Positions 1-11,994 are shown, counted from the first letter of the stretch. The stretch is DNA of 63,513 bases from Phoronis australis (GCA_002633005.1 NMRA01000176.1:503639-567151), one strand, 5' to 3'. The notes: a model not told the origin generated them from the sequence alone. Made by a program: numbers and translations.

Positions 1-510
1 GGGGGGGGGGGGGGGTAATAGGTGAGATGCAGCCATCATAATTTGAGTAACCGTGAACGAACAAAGTTTCACGGAGACTAAGAATGGATCTTGGGCCAGC
101 GCACTGACGGGTTGGGTCAAGCTGGGTTCTAACAGTGGATTCGATGAACTAGAGCTAGTCGCTGGTCAGCTCAGCTACAGCTGTATGATTCACTCGAGAC
201 AGGGACCTTAGCTAGTCCCTCTTCCTCTGCGATGGCTCTAAGGTCGAGATTTGTTTTATTGCGATCAAGTTTCGGGAATACTTCATTTTATCATGGCCAT
301 TCTTTGAAGGAATTGTATTTGGATAAGTGAGGTCCCGAGGTCCCTCGTATAAGTGCCTTTGTGGCCGTTTCAAAATCCCTTGATGAAACACAGCCGGTAG
401 TCCACTTTTTTGTGGCTGGGGGAAATGATACAGAGTGTGTCCCAAAAATGTACACACTTCAACGCCTGAAGTTCAAATTCAGCTCCCTTGAATCACTGAG
501 ATTCCGCGCA
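1..510 (+). repeat. Interspersed repeat family A, copy 1 (inverted copy at ~3090-3485, partial direct copy at ~4760-4895)
   Basis: gagatgcagccatcataatttgagtaaccgtgaac...gcactgacgggt matches the reverse complement of 3380-3475 and matches 4770-4860 directly. ORFs 212..457(-) and 3130..3318(+) translate to near-identical peptides (MCTFLGHTLYHF / MCTFLGQTLYHF). Confidence 0.85.
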
Positions 511-777
511 GGCCCTCTGCATAGTTACACCTTGTTTTTATTGTGGTGCGTCAGTCATGACGTGCTCCGTTTGTGTAGGCTAGTATGCAGAGGAATGGAA
601 AGCAAATGATTCATTTTTGAAGAAAATACATTGTGCAATACTATTGGAAACTAAAAACGTCAAGGAAGTTCAAAGAGAACCTTTCCCAGTTGATGAGCAA
701 AAAGTATAATACAGTATAATTTATTTAAGTACTTAAAACTTGTGTATTAATGTATGTTTTTCAATGAGGCGTGGAAA

Positions 778-1014
778 TATGTTGCGAACAGTTTATCCTG
801 TCAGCACGCCATCTTTTGGTCACATCATATGACCTAATGAATATAAATACGAAAAGATTTCTATCCCTGACAGGGACTCGAACCCAGGATCCAATCAGAC
901 GGTCCTTGGTTCGAGTCCCGGTCGGGGCAGAAATCTTTTCGGACTTATATTCATTAGGTCACGTGATGTGACCAGAAAGATGGCGTTCTGACGGGATAAA
1001 CTGTTCGCTACATA
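778..1014. mobile_element. Palindromic MITE-like element (237 bp) with TA ends and tRNA B-box-like motifs in both arms
   Basis: The arm tatgttgcgaacagtttatcc...gggactcgaacc is the reverse complement of ggttcgagtccc...ggataaactgttcgctacata. The arms are about 110 bp with a short spacer. Confidence 0.85.
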
Positions 1015-1024
1015 AAACTTCCTC

Positions 1025-1800
1025 CATCTACGGTTTGTGAAATTATACCCACTAATCTATTTCCTAAGTCAATAAACAGTTTATTGTCATTTGAATTGTA
1101 AGAAAATTTTAGGACACTTTGTATAGCTGTCCGACATTCATTAATATCTTTAAGACTTTTTTCAGATAGGCAAATCAAATCGTTTAGTGTACTTTTATAT
1201 TTGGGGATCTGATGATAGATCGAATATTCTCAATGTCTGCTTGCAACTAAGTTGGTTGAAGCATTGTCATTTTCTACAAGATAAGCTTCTATTTGTAAAA
1301 AAATCATCAGCCAATCAGCTCATTTTCTTAGATACACAAACATGAAATCCAGAAATCAACAATCGAATCCATGACCAATACGTTTACCTTGATTTCAAGA
1401 CTTTTAAGTCAAGGAGGAATTAAAATTCCTCCTTGATAACGTGTTCGTGACTTTCAACGACAAATCTTGTACAGAAGTCAAAAAGTAATGCATATATTGT
1501 CATTTGAATTGTGAGTTGGGAATTGGGAATTGTCCAAGTTTCATCAATATCCTTGAGAGTTATTTTAGATAGGCAAGAAGCGTCCAAGTGCACTTTACTA
1601 TATGGGGATTTGATCATAGAGTTTTTTTTCCATATTCAGGCTTCATTAAAATTCACTAAAACGTCATCATTTCTTAAAATATTAGCTTCTAATTGCCAAA
1701 AACCATTTATTAACCTGTCTGTTTCCGTAGATACACAAACACGTAAATCAAAATGGAATGTCATAAGCAATTTCCGCAGACATGATTGCAGATTTTTGAC
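1025..1800 (+). repeat. Diverged repeat family B: two copies (~1025-1400 and ~1495-1800), third partial copy at ~4925-5090
   Basis: Shared blocks ttgtcatttgaattgt, tgtcc..catt/tttcatcaatatcctt, agataggcaa, gtg(t/c)acttt, ggggat(c/t)tgat and tagatacacaaacac/at occur in the same order in each copy. Confidence 0.7.
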
Positions 1801-2105
1801 GAGTAACCCGGGCAACATGGGAGATGGGCATTCATATTAAGGTGTAGTTTTGCTCCTTTCTGAGGTACCTATACCGGTTCACGAGTTTAACTTGAACTCC
1901 AAAAAACGCCGAAATATTTGTTTACTATTGCGAGTATTTTGAGTACCCCCGTTTGACATGTAAACGGTCATCACAAATCGTAGCTCCCAGTCTTTTCGAC
2001 ATTTGTGAATTCATTACAAACAGTTCCTAGTAACGACCTTCAAAAGAAAAACTATTCTTGTGATACTACTGGAAAAATATGACCTTATTCGCAACTAATT
2101 ATCGG

Positions 2106-2440
2106 CAGGGCCGTAGGAAGCGGGGGGGGGAGAGCTGGGAGGGCACGGGCTCCCCAAAAAGTTTAGGCGTTAGGGTTAACCGTGGCAACCGACATACGCG
2201 TGGGGCGGGGACAGTCGAGAAAAGAAAGACTGCTAAATACGGATAAGAGAGAGAATATTTAACAACTCTGTATCAGTGCATGGTTTACCTCTTGGAACCC
2301 TGGCCAGGGCATTGTTGTTGGGGTCTCCGCTTTCGCAGCACAGGTCGTCTAAATGCACTTGGCAACGTGCACGTAATGATTCATGCATATACTTCGAAAA
2401 ATCGACAAAATTTGTTAAGCGAAGCTTTTGCGGAGCGTAG
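2106..2440 (+). repeat. Repeat family C copy (inverted copy at ~4420-4756), with a G-run terminus typical of non-autonomous DNA elements
   Basis: agggttaaccgtggcaaccgacata...ggggacagtcgagaaaagaaagac...aatacggataagagagagaa is the reverse complement of 4605-4700. Confidence 0.8.
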
Positions 2441-3089
2441 TAATTTACTGGATTTTTAAATTCAGTAAGTCAATTTTGCGACTGCAAACCCACATTTTTC
2501 CAGAGGCCNTGTCCTAAAATGTTCTCACAATTCAAATGACAATAAATTGTTTGTTGGCTTAAGAACTAGATTACTGGGTTTAAGTTTACAAACCGTACAT
2601 GTACATGTATATCGAAAACGAAGTTTAAGTACCTAAATAAATGAAATGAACCTCATTGGTTATATAATTGGAAAGGTTGTCTTTGAACATCCTCGATGTT
2701 TTTGGTTTCTAGTGGTATTGCGCAATGATTTTTTGTTCTTCAAAACTGAATATCGTTTGCTTGCATTTTCCGTGCATACTATAAACACGGTATGCGCGCA
2801 CCCAGCCTAAAATATAGGGGGGGGGCTCGAATTTTTGAGGATGTGGACTTTTACTAAAAAAAAACAATAGGAGGTTAGTTCAGGGCTATGAATTGTGCAT
2901 ACGCAGAATCCTGCCTTTTTAGTTGGCTTATGTCTCGTTTTTCTCAGTCTTTTTGTTTCTCTGAGGCGTACCTTATTGCCCACTTTGCCATTGAGCCCCC
3001 CAGGTGCACACATGCACGGAGCACTTCATGACGTGCACACCCATGTTAAAAGTAAAGTGTAACGATGCAGTAGGCCTGCTTGGAATCTC

Positions 3090-3485
3090 AGGTACCCACG
3101 AGAACTGAATTTGAACTCCAGACGTTGAATTGTGTACATTTTTGGGACAAACTCTGTATCATTTTACACAGCAACCAGAAACTGGACTACCGGTTATGTT
3201 TCATCAAGGGATTCTGAAACGGCTACAAAGGCACTCATACCAGGCACCTCGGGACCTCACCTTTCCAAAAATTACTTCAAAAATAGGCCATTATAAAATG
3301 AAATTTTCTGGAAACTGAATCATAATAAAAGAAACCTTGGCCTTCGACCCAGCTATAGTTACTTCAGGCAGCTCCCAGCTACCCGTCAGTGCGATCGGGG
3401 CCTAGACCCATTCTTACTATCCGTGAATCTTTGTTGGTTCACGGTTAATCAAATCATGATGGCTGCATCTCCGGTATTACCCCCA
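3090..3485 (-). repeat. Repeat family A, inverted copy
   Basis: Reverse-complement similarity to 15-500. Confidence 0.8.
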
Positions 3486-4056
3486 ACCTATGGCGGACGT
3501 GGGGGGTGGGGTTCGGTATAAATATGGTGAAATCCAGAGAACGGGGGGGGGTGACAATAGTAAGGGGGAAGGTTGGCGAAGTCAAATTGGTTTGTGCCCC
3601 CCCCCCCAATAATTTTTTCCTTCCAACGGACCTGATCGGAAGTATCCTTTTTGTGTAATTCACAAATAGTGATCTTAACGATCTTCAAAATTCCAAAGTT
3701 TTGATGGTGTTCAATCCTATTGTATTTTTCACATTTTTTGCTGTTGGGTGGAATGTTTTGATTTTGCTGTGCTGTGCAAGGTTATTTTGGGTTTTTGATG
3801 AACTTGGAATCTCAACTTCCTCTCGTGAATACTTGGCAGTGTCGGATTTACATCTCTGGATACCCAATCGCACCACTGAGAGGGGGTGCCGTCTGAAATG
3901 TGACACCTAAGATGAAAGACTACACATCATTATGCTTGGAAAAGAGAGACAGTTCATTCCATTGTCGGGTGACTTGCAAGAAGTGACATTCCTCAGCATG
4001 AAAGCCGGTTGTACGATTTCACAAAAAACAGGAAAATAGAGATAATGGATTCCATC

Positions 4057-4104
4057 ATTGGGCCCTTTCTTTGTGAGTGGCCACTCACAAAGAAAGGGCC
4101 CAAT
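4057..4104. repeat. Perfect 48-bp spacer-less palindrome
   Basis: attgggccctttctttgtgagtgg|ccactcacaaagaaagggcccaat is exactly self-complementary. Confidence 0.95.
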
Positions 4105-4419
4105 TCTTAAAAGAATTTGCCAATCAAAACACGAAAAGGGTGGCCACTTGAATGTCATCAATGGTCCTCTTCAAGAGCTGGGCCCCTAAATATGAAAAGA
4201 TCTATATTTTCAAAAGTCAGGAAATGCGTAGCAACTGATATCTGCCAGGCCATCAATTTTCTCAGCGATACAAAATTTAGAGAAAGAAAAACACGAAAAA
4301 TAGAGCGACAGTTGTCTTTATCCTTTGCTAGAGAAGGGCCTCTGGAAAATGTAATTTTGCATTTATGCATTTAGTAAACTGTCTTATTGAATTTAAAATT
4401 CCAGTGGTTTAATATGCCC

Positions 4420-4756
4420 GCAAAAGCTTCGCTTTACGAAGTTTCTTGATTTTTCGAAGTACATGTATGAATGATAAAGTGCACGTTTTCAATTGCGTTT
4501 AGACAACCTATATGTATGCAACAAAACGGAGATCCTAACAAAAATGTCCTAGGCAGGGCCCTCAAAGTGTAAACCGTGCACTGATACCGAGTTATCAAAT
4601 GTTCTCTTGAATTTTCTCTCTTATCCGTATTCGTTGTCTTTCTTTTCTCGACTGTCCCCGGCCCCAAGCCTATGTCGGTTGCCATGGTTTAACCCTGACG
4701 CCTTCAAAATTTTTGGGGGCACGCCCACCCCCCGCCCCCCGCTTCCAGCGGCCCTC
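4420..4756 (-). repeat. Repeat family C, inverted copy
   Basis: Reverse-complement similarity to 2106-2440. Confidence 0.8.
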
Positions 4757-5589
4757 AGTGGGGGACAATCCGGGGATGCAGTCATCAGGATTTGAGTAAC
4801 CGTGCACCAAAGAAGTTTCACGGAGAGAATGCGCTTAGGGCTAGGGCATTGACGGGTAGCTGCAGGGGGGCTGCCTCCAAGTAAATGTAGCTGAGATCGA
4901 ACAGTGTGACAACATGAAATTCGATCTACGGTTAGTGAATTTAAACCACTAGTATAGTTCCTAGGTCAATAAACAATTTATTGCCATTTGAATTGTGAGA
5001 ACATTTTGGTACACTTTTTAAAGCTGTCCGACATTCATCAATATCCTTGAAACTTGTTTCAGATAGACAAAAATCGCTTAGTGTACTTCGCCGCACCCCC
5101 TCCTCCGCTTCCTACGCGCCTGAATTAGATACTCTGTTAAAGACTATCATTTGTGAATTAATTTTGACTCGATTTTTGACGTCAAAATTGGTTTTAGGAA
5201 GTTCATAGCTAAAATGAAGAAACTAAAATTTCTTTATCTGAATCCTGAAGTTTATGTGTGGGGCTGAGCAAAAATATGAACACTTGAAACAAGTGTCGTC
5301 TTTGCAAGTCGTTTTCGACAAATCGCTTCAGCCACAGCTTCAGGTCAAGATTGAAAGTTAAAATATTTCATGTTTAGTTCTCAGGAGCTCATAAACACTG
5401 GTTCTTACCGTTGTTTGTTCACCAGCCTTGCGTTCACAGTCCATTGCGAGAATGCAATTGCTTTCTGCAGTGCACTTCAAATTTATAAATCGTATGCGAG
5501 GTGTGAAGAATGAACGGTTTAGGTGCGACACATAGGCGGATATTTTGTTCTTCGGTTTCCGATATTAGGAAGAGAAGGAAAGTGTTGAG

Positions 5590-5821
5590 GAAGGAGAACC
5601 AGATGTTTTGATCACGATTGGTGATAACATTGTTTTTACGTATATTCAATATCCTGACCAACGCTTCAGTGGTACATCACACCATCATCACCAAGGAAAC
5701 AAAAACGTCACAAAAGGGTCATTACAAATCAAGAGCTACTGTTTCGTGTATTGGCATCTACACCTACGAATTAGCTAAATTTCTTAACCAAATTTTGAGT
5801 CCACTTACCGAGAGCTCTTAT
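5590..5821 (+). mobile_element. Penelope-like element RT remnant, 5' part (interrupted by the LINE)
   Basis: The frame of ORF 5618 gives RATVSCIGIYTYELAKFLNQILSPLTESSY, matching the PLE RT motif RPI(I/V)S.IG..TY.LAK.L..IL.PL. It continues in frame at 11154 once the LINE and one TSD copy are removed. Confidence 0.75.
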
Positions 5822-6125
5822 TTTTTTATTTTTAATGCATGTACATGTACATTTAATGGCCAGAAATAACGTACCCAGTTTGAGGTTGGGTGCTTCAGTT
5901 CTGGCTTTAACAAAAGTATATAATAGCGACTAATAGATATATAAGGCAATAAAATGTACCTGGAAAGGGGAAAGGGGAGCGGGGGAAGGACTTTCACGCG
6001 CCATTCACACACACACACACGCACACACACGCCGTGTTGAAATTATGTCTGGAGAAAGTAGGTTCTATATAAATACGTACAAACATAAACACATATAAAA
6101 ATAATAACAGTACAACTGATGATTT

Positions 6126-9100
6126 CTAGAATACTATGTAAAAGCATGCGTGCAGAGCTCTCCATTTATCCATATTTGTGTCCGAGGTATCTGTTAAAAT
6201 TGTGTTTATAAAAGTTTGTAATTTCAACTTGAAATCCTTAAAAAAGGAGGCTTTTTTACCTTTGATGCCTGGTAAATGAAGTAAAGTGCAAGTGTATTAG
6301 TGGTATTGCAAATTAATTTGTGGTTTGTATTAGGGTTTTGAATAGATTCTAATATGTCCCACATCGTAAACATGTACTGGGTATTTAGGGCTTTATTGCT
6401 TTATTTAAGAGTGTTTGCACTGATTCCCAGAAAGTCCTGACACATGTGCAATAATAAAACATATGAAATAGAGTCTGTAACTCATCCCAATAGGGGCACT
6501 TATCAGTATCAACCACCCCTATTTTGTATAAAGTGATATTTGTAAATATTCTTCTATGGGTAAAGAGGTACCTGAAGTTTTTTAATTCAGGATTTATTGG
6601 GAGGCTGAAGGGTAAAAAATTTTCTCTAATTTCCTTTTCATTATAATAATTACTTAACCGCGCATAAGTGTCGGGTTTTTGTGCAAAAGTATGTACATGT
6701 ATAGTACACTTTTTAAACCAATCTTTACTACAACTGCTATAATTAATGAAATAAAAGTTGTTACAACCAATAGATCTTGGTTCTAGTTCACCAAGATGCT
6801 TCCTCAATGCACTAACAACAACTTTGTATTGGAATATACAAAAATTCTTCAGATTGTATATATTTTTGATAAAATCCCAACTAAGAATTTTATTTTTATT
6901 ATCTAGAAAATCTTCAGAAAATAAACAGTCCCGCTTCAAACATTTCCCGACTAAATACGGATTTATTGCTAAGTAAAATGTTTTGATTATTCCACAACAC
7001 TAGTTTGTTAATAGGTATATTCTTAAAACTTCTATATTCAAAGGCTCTAAGCTTTTCAGCACTTCATTAAAAAAGGAATTGTTAATTGACATTTTCAAAT
7101 TTCTTAAACGGAAGTTTGAGAAGAAAATAAGGCCACCACCCAGTTTAGTTAAAACAGATTTGGGATAAAATTTCCAACTTACATTTCCTCCTGAACTTAA
7201 ACGTTTGACCCAGCTGAACATGAGGCTATTTTTAATTACTTGCACACTAGGATATTTCAACCCTCCTTCTTCATATGGAAGTACAGTGACAGATTTCTTT
7301 ATTCTTGGTGGCTTTCCACACCAACTAAAATCTCTAATTATTTTATCTGTTTCTTTAATCCAATTTGTTGTAACTTCGATATTGGCTAAAACGTGAACCA
7401 ACTTAGACAAACCGTAAGTTTTTACAATATGAATCCTCCCCGTGGTCGTCAAATGTCTAGTTTTCCAACTATTTAATAGATCTTTTAATTTCTGAGTTTT
7501 CGTGCCATAATTTAGCTGCTCAACTTCTTTGTCATTTTGTCTGAAATATATTCCAAGACTTTTTATAGGTTTTCGTGGCCAAGAGATATTGTACATTTTT
7601 TAGGACAATGGGCACCACCTCGTGCAGAAATATATAAACCTTCGCACTTTTCAGGATTTAAATGCAAGCCAGAAATGTCTCCAAATAATTTTAAAAATTT
7701 AAAACATTCTTTTCCGGAATTCTCGTCTTGAATGAACAAAATGGTGTCGTTCGCGTACTGTGTTATTTTGATTTCATTATTATAAACTTTTAAACCATGA
7801 AAGTAATTATTCTTTCTGATAAAATGTGACATAAGTTCTGCACATAACACAAAAAGGGGACTTGACAGCGGATCACTCTGTAGTAAGCCTCTTTCAATGC
7901 CGAAATATCGAGTGGTAAATCCGTTATTTAGCACACAGGATGAGATTTTATTATACAAATTTTTTGTTTTACTTATTACCCCTTGTCCAAAATTGAAGGC
8001 TTTTAAAGTTTTGAACATATAATCCAAATTTAAGGTGTGGTATGCCTTCTTGAAATCCAGGAATATAATTTGGCCATGTAGTTTATTTTGTTTGTAATAT
8101 TCCATCAAATCTTTAACTAATCGAATATTTTGGCCAATATACATTTTCGGTAATGACGTCTGATCAGGGTGAATCAATTTGTCTATGTACTTATAAATTC
8201 TATTGGTAATGGTTTTTGTGATCAATTTGTAGTCACAATTTAAGAAGGAGATTGGCCTCCACTTATCTAACAACAAAAGTTCCTCACTGTTTTTGCTTTT
8301 GGGTGTAAGAGTTATGACACTTTGTCTCTGTGACGTAGACAATTCGCCCCTCTGGAAGCTAAAATTAAAAATCTCTACTAATTCATATTTAATTACTCCC
8401 CAAATTTTTTTGTAAAACTCATATATGAAATTCCGTCGTTACCAGGTGTTTTGGTAGATTCTGTTCCTTGGAGAGCCTCGAAAATTTCTTGTTCAGTGAA
8501 ATCTTGATCAAGTTCCAGAGACTCTTCTTCAGAAAGTTGTTTTATTTTGTGGGAGTGTAAATATTGTTGGGAGGGATCCACAATTAGTTTCTTCTTTGGA
8601 ATACAGATTTTTATAATACAGGGTTTGTAACTCTCTTACTCCAGTAGAAGTAGTAACACTTTGGTGAACATCTTTTAATGAACGAATTTGTTTTTGTACA
8701 CAATTCCTCACTTCGAGGTTTCTAAAATATTGAGAATTTTTCCCTTTCTCTGCCCATTGAACTTTGCTCCTTATAATCAAGCCTTTTGTATTACTTGAAG
8801 TTCCGTTTTTGCCTTGTTCAAGGCTATTTTAGCTTCTTCGTCAGCCGGGTTATTTTCGACTTGACACGTCAGCATATTTATTTTATCAATAAGATGGAAA
8901 TGTTGTTCTTTTCTTTTCGTACATTTTGTTTTAGCGTAATCAATAGACGCTTTTCTGATTTCCATTTTGGTCAAATCCCACACAAGATTTTTATTTTCGA
9001 AGTTGGCATACATTCTTCTGCATGCGGCAACACAATCAGTAATTATTTTTTGGTAACCAGGGTCATCAAGATAACTATTATTGCATTTCCATAATCCCGG

Positions 9101-9840
9101 ACCACGTTTTTCACATTTGGAAATTTCAATAGTCATTACTACGGCAGAGTGGTCAGAGAATACGAAGTCGACAATAATGTCAACCTGTGTTGTCAAGAAC
9201 GTTCTGGGAACCAGCCAATAATCGATGTTAATTTGACATGTTATTTCTTTGTCACGCCATGTGTACTTTCTTATACCATAATTTTTTTCCCTCCATACAT
9301 GGAAGATCTTGTTGACATATCCAATTTTTAAAATTTTTTGACTAACTTGGAAATTTGTAGAAAAATCAAGTTTACCTATTTTGTCCAAATCTGACAGTGG
9401 AGAGTTGAAATCGCCTGCGCATAGAATATTAATATCATGAGCAGTTTTGAATACTACATTGCCCAACCTTTCCACAAAGTCAAGTTGTTTTCTTGTTTCG
9501 TTTGGGAAGTATACATTAAGCAAGGTAACATGTTCTTGTAAAATTGTACAATTAATCAAATTATATCTCCCGTCTGGGGCGTTTATAGTTGAAATAATTT
9601 CAAAATCCAACTGTGGATGCAGTAAAATGGCAGTTCCTTTGCTATGGTTTGTCCATGACTTGCAATAATGGTTCCACCCCATTCACATTCCCATCTTGTA
9701 ATAGACTCCGCGGTACTGTATGTCTCTTGTAAATATATTACGTCATATCTTTTTAATTTCAACCATTTAAAAAGTTGTAAACGTTTTTTTACTGAATTTA
9801 TACCCCGGACATTTAGAGATATTGATTTGATGCTAACCAT
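6126..9840 (-). pseudogene. LINE ORF2 (APE endonuclease + reverse transcriptase + C-terminal Cys/His zinc motif), frameshifted
   Basis: APE motifs: SLNVRGI, IYLQET, LLNVYFPN, AGDFN, IDYWLV, FSDH. RT motifs: TPGNDG, WRPISFLNCDYK, IFLDFKKAYH, degenerate QSDPLS and YANDT, SGLHLNPEK. C-terminal CPYW...HMFYYC. It is split over ORFs 9583-9888, 8777-9682, 8529-8780, 8393-8581, 7563-8342, 7000-7596 and 6385-6939. Confidence 0.92.
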
Positions 9841-10131
9841 CGCAATATTGCAGAGAGGTATGCACGCATGCCTGAAATATAGAAGCAAAGTAATGTTCTA
9901 AGTAACTACATGTAAAAACAAGTAAATGTAGGAGTATGTAAACACGTCTGTAACGTAAAAATCCACCAGCACACACATACATACACGCACGTACACACAG
10001 AAGGGGAAGGGAGTCAAAAAGACATAATGCATACATTACGAAACGTCATTTCTCACCAGCCAATAGTCATTACACATGGGGTTCTGAATAAAAGTGTACA
10101 ACTTCAATGTGTTTTCAGCTTCATCTTGAAA

Positions 10132-10949
10132 TTACACATCATCACTGTCTGTTACAAGCTTAACTGTGTTGTCGTTTAGCAGGGCGAAGATTCTCCCGTC
10201 TTTCGACCACGCACTTTTAACAATTGGTTTCTTGAACGTTGAACTCATGAGACGATAATTTTCCGCTGTGAGATCTTCAGATACAAAAAACTGAGTGTTC
10301 TTAGGCTTTTTCTTCTGGGAAAATATAGCATGGCGATAGCGGTAACTAACAAATTTCACAATAATAGGACGAGGTTTTTGTTGCCGGTTCGTAGAAGCGT
10401 TAGTGCTTGTACTTCTGAGTGATTTTCTTACACTTTCGCCTGTGGGCCTACTCACTCTGTGGACTCTGTCTATACTATCAAGGTCAATGCTAACATTCAA
10501 TTTGTCTTGGAAAAACTTCTGAACGATCATATCGTAATTTTCATTTGTTCTCTCTGCTACGCCGTAAATGCGGATTAAATTCCTTCGCGAGTATTGTTCT
10601 AACTCATTTATCTCAGATTTTTTAAAATCTAAGATAAAAGGCACGATTTTCAGCTTTCACCGACTCCAGTTCGCTTTTCACTTCTTGCAATTCTTCTCTA
10701 ATAATACTCCGGAGCGACATTATAATCCTATCCTCCATAGCTTTCAACTTCTTTTCAAGGTCAGCCATGTTTACTTCAGTTCTAAATCCCTTTTCAAAGA
10801 CAGATTAGTAAGTAGTGATTGGCGAGATACAGTCATATGTTGGATTATGAAAGGAACCGCGTTGCAAAGGATAGGGGAGCTGCCCTAGTTACGATGATAC
10901 TGGCAATGACCGAGTCCCTATTGACTATATGGTAGTCAAATCTTGACAT
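10132..10949 (-). pseudogene. LINE ORF1 (coiled-coil + RRM/CTD, L1/transposase_22-like), disrupted
   Basis: LEQYSRRNLIRIYGVAE, IDRVHRV, KPRPIIVKFVSY, FVSEDLT and SAWSKDGRI are typical L1-type ORF1 motifs. The 5' boundary is approximate. Confidence 0.85.
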
Positions 10950-11143
10950 AAATGCTCACCAGATAAGGAGAACTAGAACTTGAAATACACTTCTTCTAAG
11001 GAACGACGGTCGACTTGCACCAAAAACTAATAGCTTGATGATTATTTTCGGATACTGACAATCCGCAATGGTTGAAAAGCTGGTTTGTAGCGACAGCGAA
11101 AAAAATCAGCCTGTATGCTCATACAGCGCCACCCTACGTCCAG

Positions 11144-11420
11144 GAGCTCTTATACTTTGAAAGAGTAGTTCCAGTTTGTCGCAGAACTCCGTTTGTTGTG
11201 TGCTATTCCATTGATGGTCAGTTTTGACGTTTTTAGCTTATTTACAAAAGTTCCAGTGGACAATACTATGCGTACATGTATACATAAATTGTACAGCACT
11301 ATCTCTGTGGCTGACTGTTTGAACAGTGTTGATATACACAAACTGATGTCCTTTGCTTATGAACAAAACCATTTTCTGTTTAACGACTGTGATGACCACA
11401 CCGATGGGGTAACGATGGCA
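11144..11420 (+). mobile_element. Penelope-like element RT remnant, 3' part
   Basis: SSYTLKE*FQFV...LMVSFDVFSLFTKVPV...HFLFN..DGVTM matches the PLE RT motifs MVSFDV.SLFT.VP and F.F.....Q..G..MG. Confidence 0.8.
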
Positions 11421-11429
11421 TACAATCGT

Positions 11430-11980
11430 GTACAGGTATGTAAACAAAGTCAAATCAGATGTGGTAGAACGAGATATGGTCCTGAGAGACAAAGCTGTTT
11501 GCAGAATGATTGGGTAGATTCCGGAAAGTTCTAGAATGTGTCTGAATTGGTGAAAAGCTCCAGAACATCGTAAAAGACTATAAAAATACAGACGAAATGA
11601 GAGTTGAATTTGAATTCAATTGGAGTTGAAAGACAGCTAAAGTCAGTTAAAGTTATAGTTGAGTTGAAGTGAAGAGAATCAGCAGTTAATCAATAGAGAG
11701 GCAGCTATAGAGACAGTAAGTTATTGAATCAACGAGTGTACATGTAGCATCTGATGGAAGTGTCTCAGTTCATCACAAGTCAAGGCTTCACAGCACTGGC
11801 TGGAGTTTTACATGTAGGTTCGTTGGCAACTGACAATTACGCGGTTCACTTTTTGACTAATTGGTGTTATCTCATTGTATTCGTGGTGATTTTTTGTACT
11901 GTAGTTAATTGGCTTTATTGGTTATCGTGCGCTTTCTTGTAATTTCATTTCCAAGGAATACTTCATAATTCAAAACAACG
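11430..11980 (+). mobile_element. Possible solo LTR / LTR-like insertion
   Basis: The PLE frame ends abruptly here. The segment has an inverted CCAAT box, an HSE array, TATAAAA and an AG-rich then T-rich layout reminiscent of LTR U3/R/U5. Exact TG...CA ends and a TSD were not established. Confidence 0.4.
11508..11585 (+). promoter_or_regulatory. Heat-shock element (4 perfect nGAAn units) plus TATA box
   Basis: TTCcgGAAagTTCtaGAA at 11519-11536, gattgg at ~11508, TATAAAA at 11579-11585. Confidence 0.65.
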
Positions 11981-11994
11981 TGTTTTATCTTCGT

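Larger units (their letters stand above)
5822..11143 (-). mobile_element. Full-length decayed L1/Tx1-clade LINE (~5.3 kb) with 10-bp target-site duplication
   Basis: The TSD gagctcttat lies at 5812-5821 and 11144-11153. An A-rich tail appears as a T-run on + at 5822-5833. ORF1 and an APE-RT ORF2 lie inside. Confidence 0.9.

Noticed and set aside
6126-10949. Active LINE, retron or other novel RT system
   Set aside because: It has multiple frameshifts and degenerate catalytic motifs (YAND for YADD, QSD for QGD) in an ordinary APE-RT layout.
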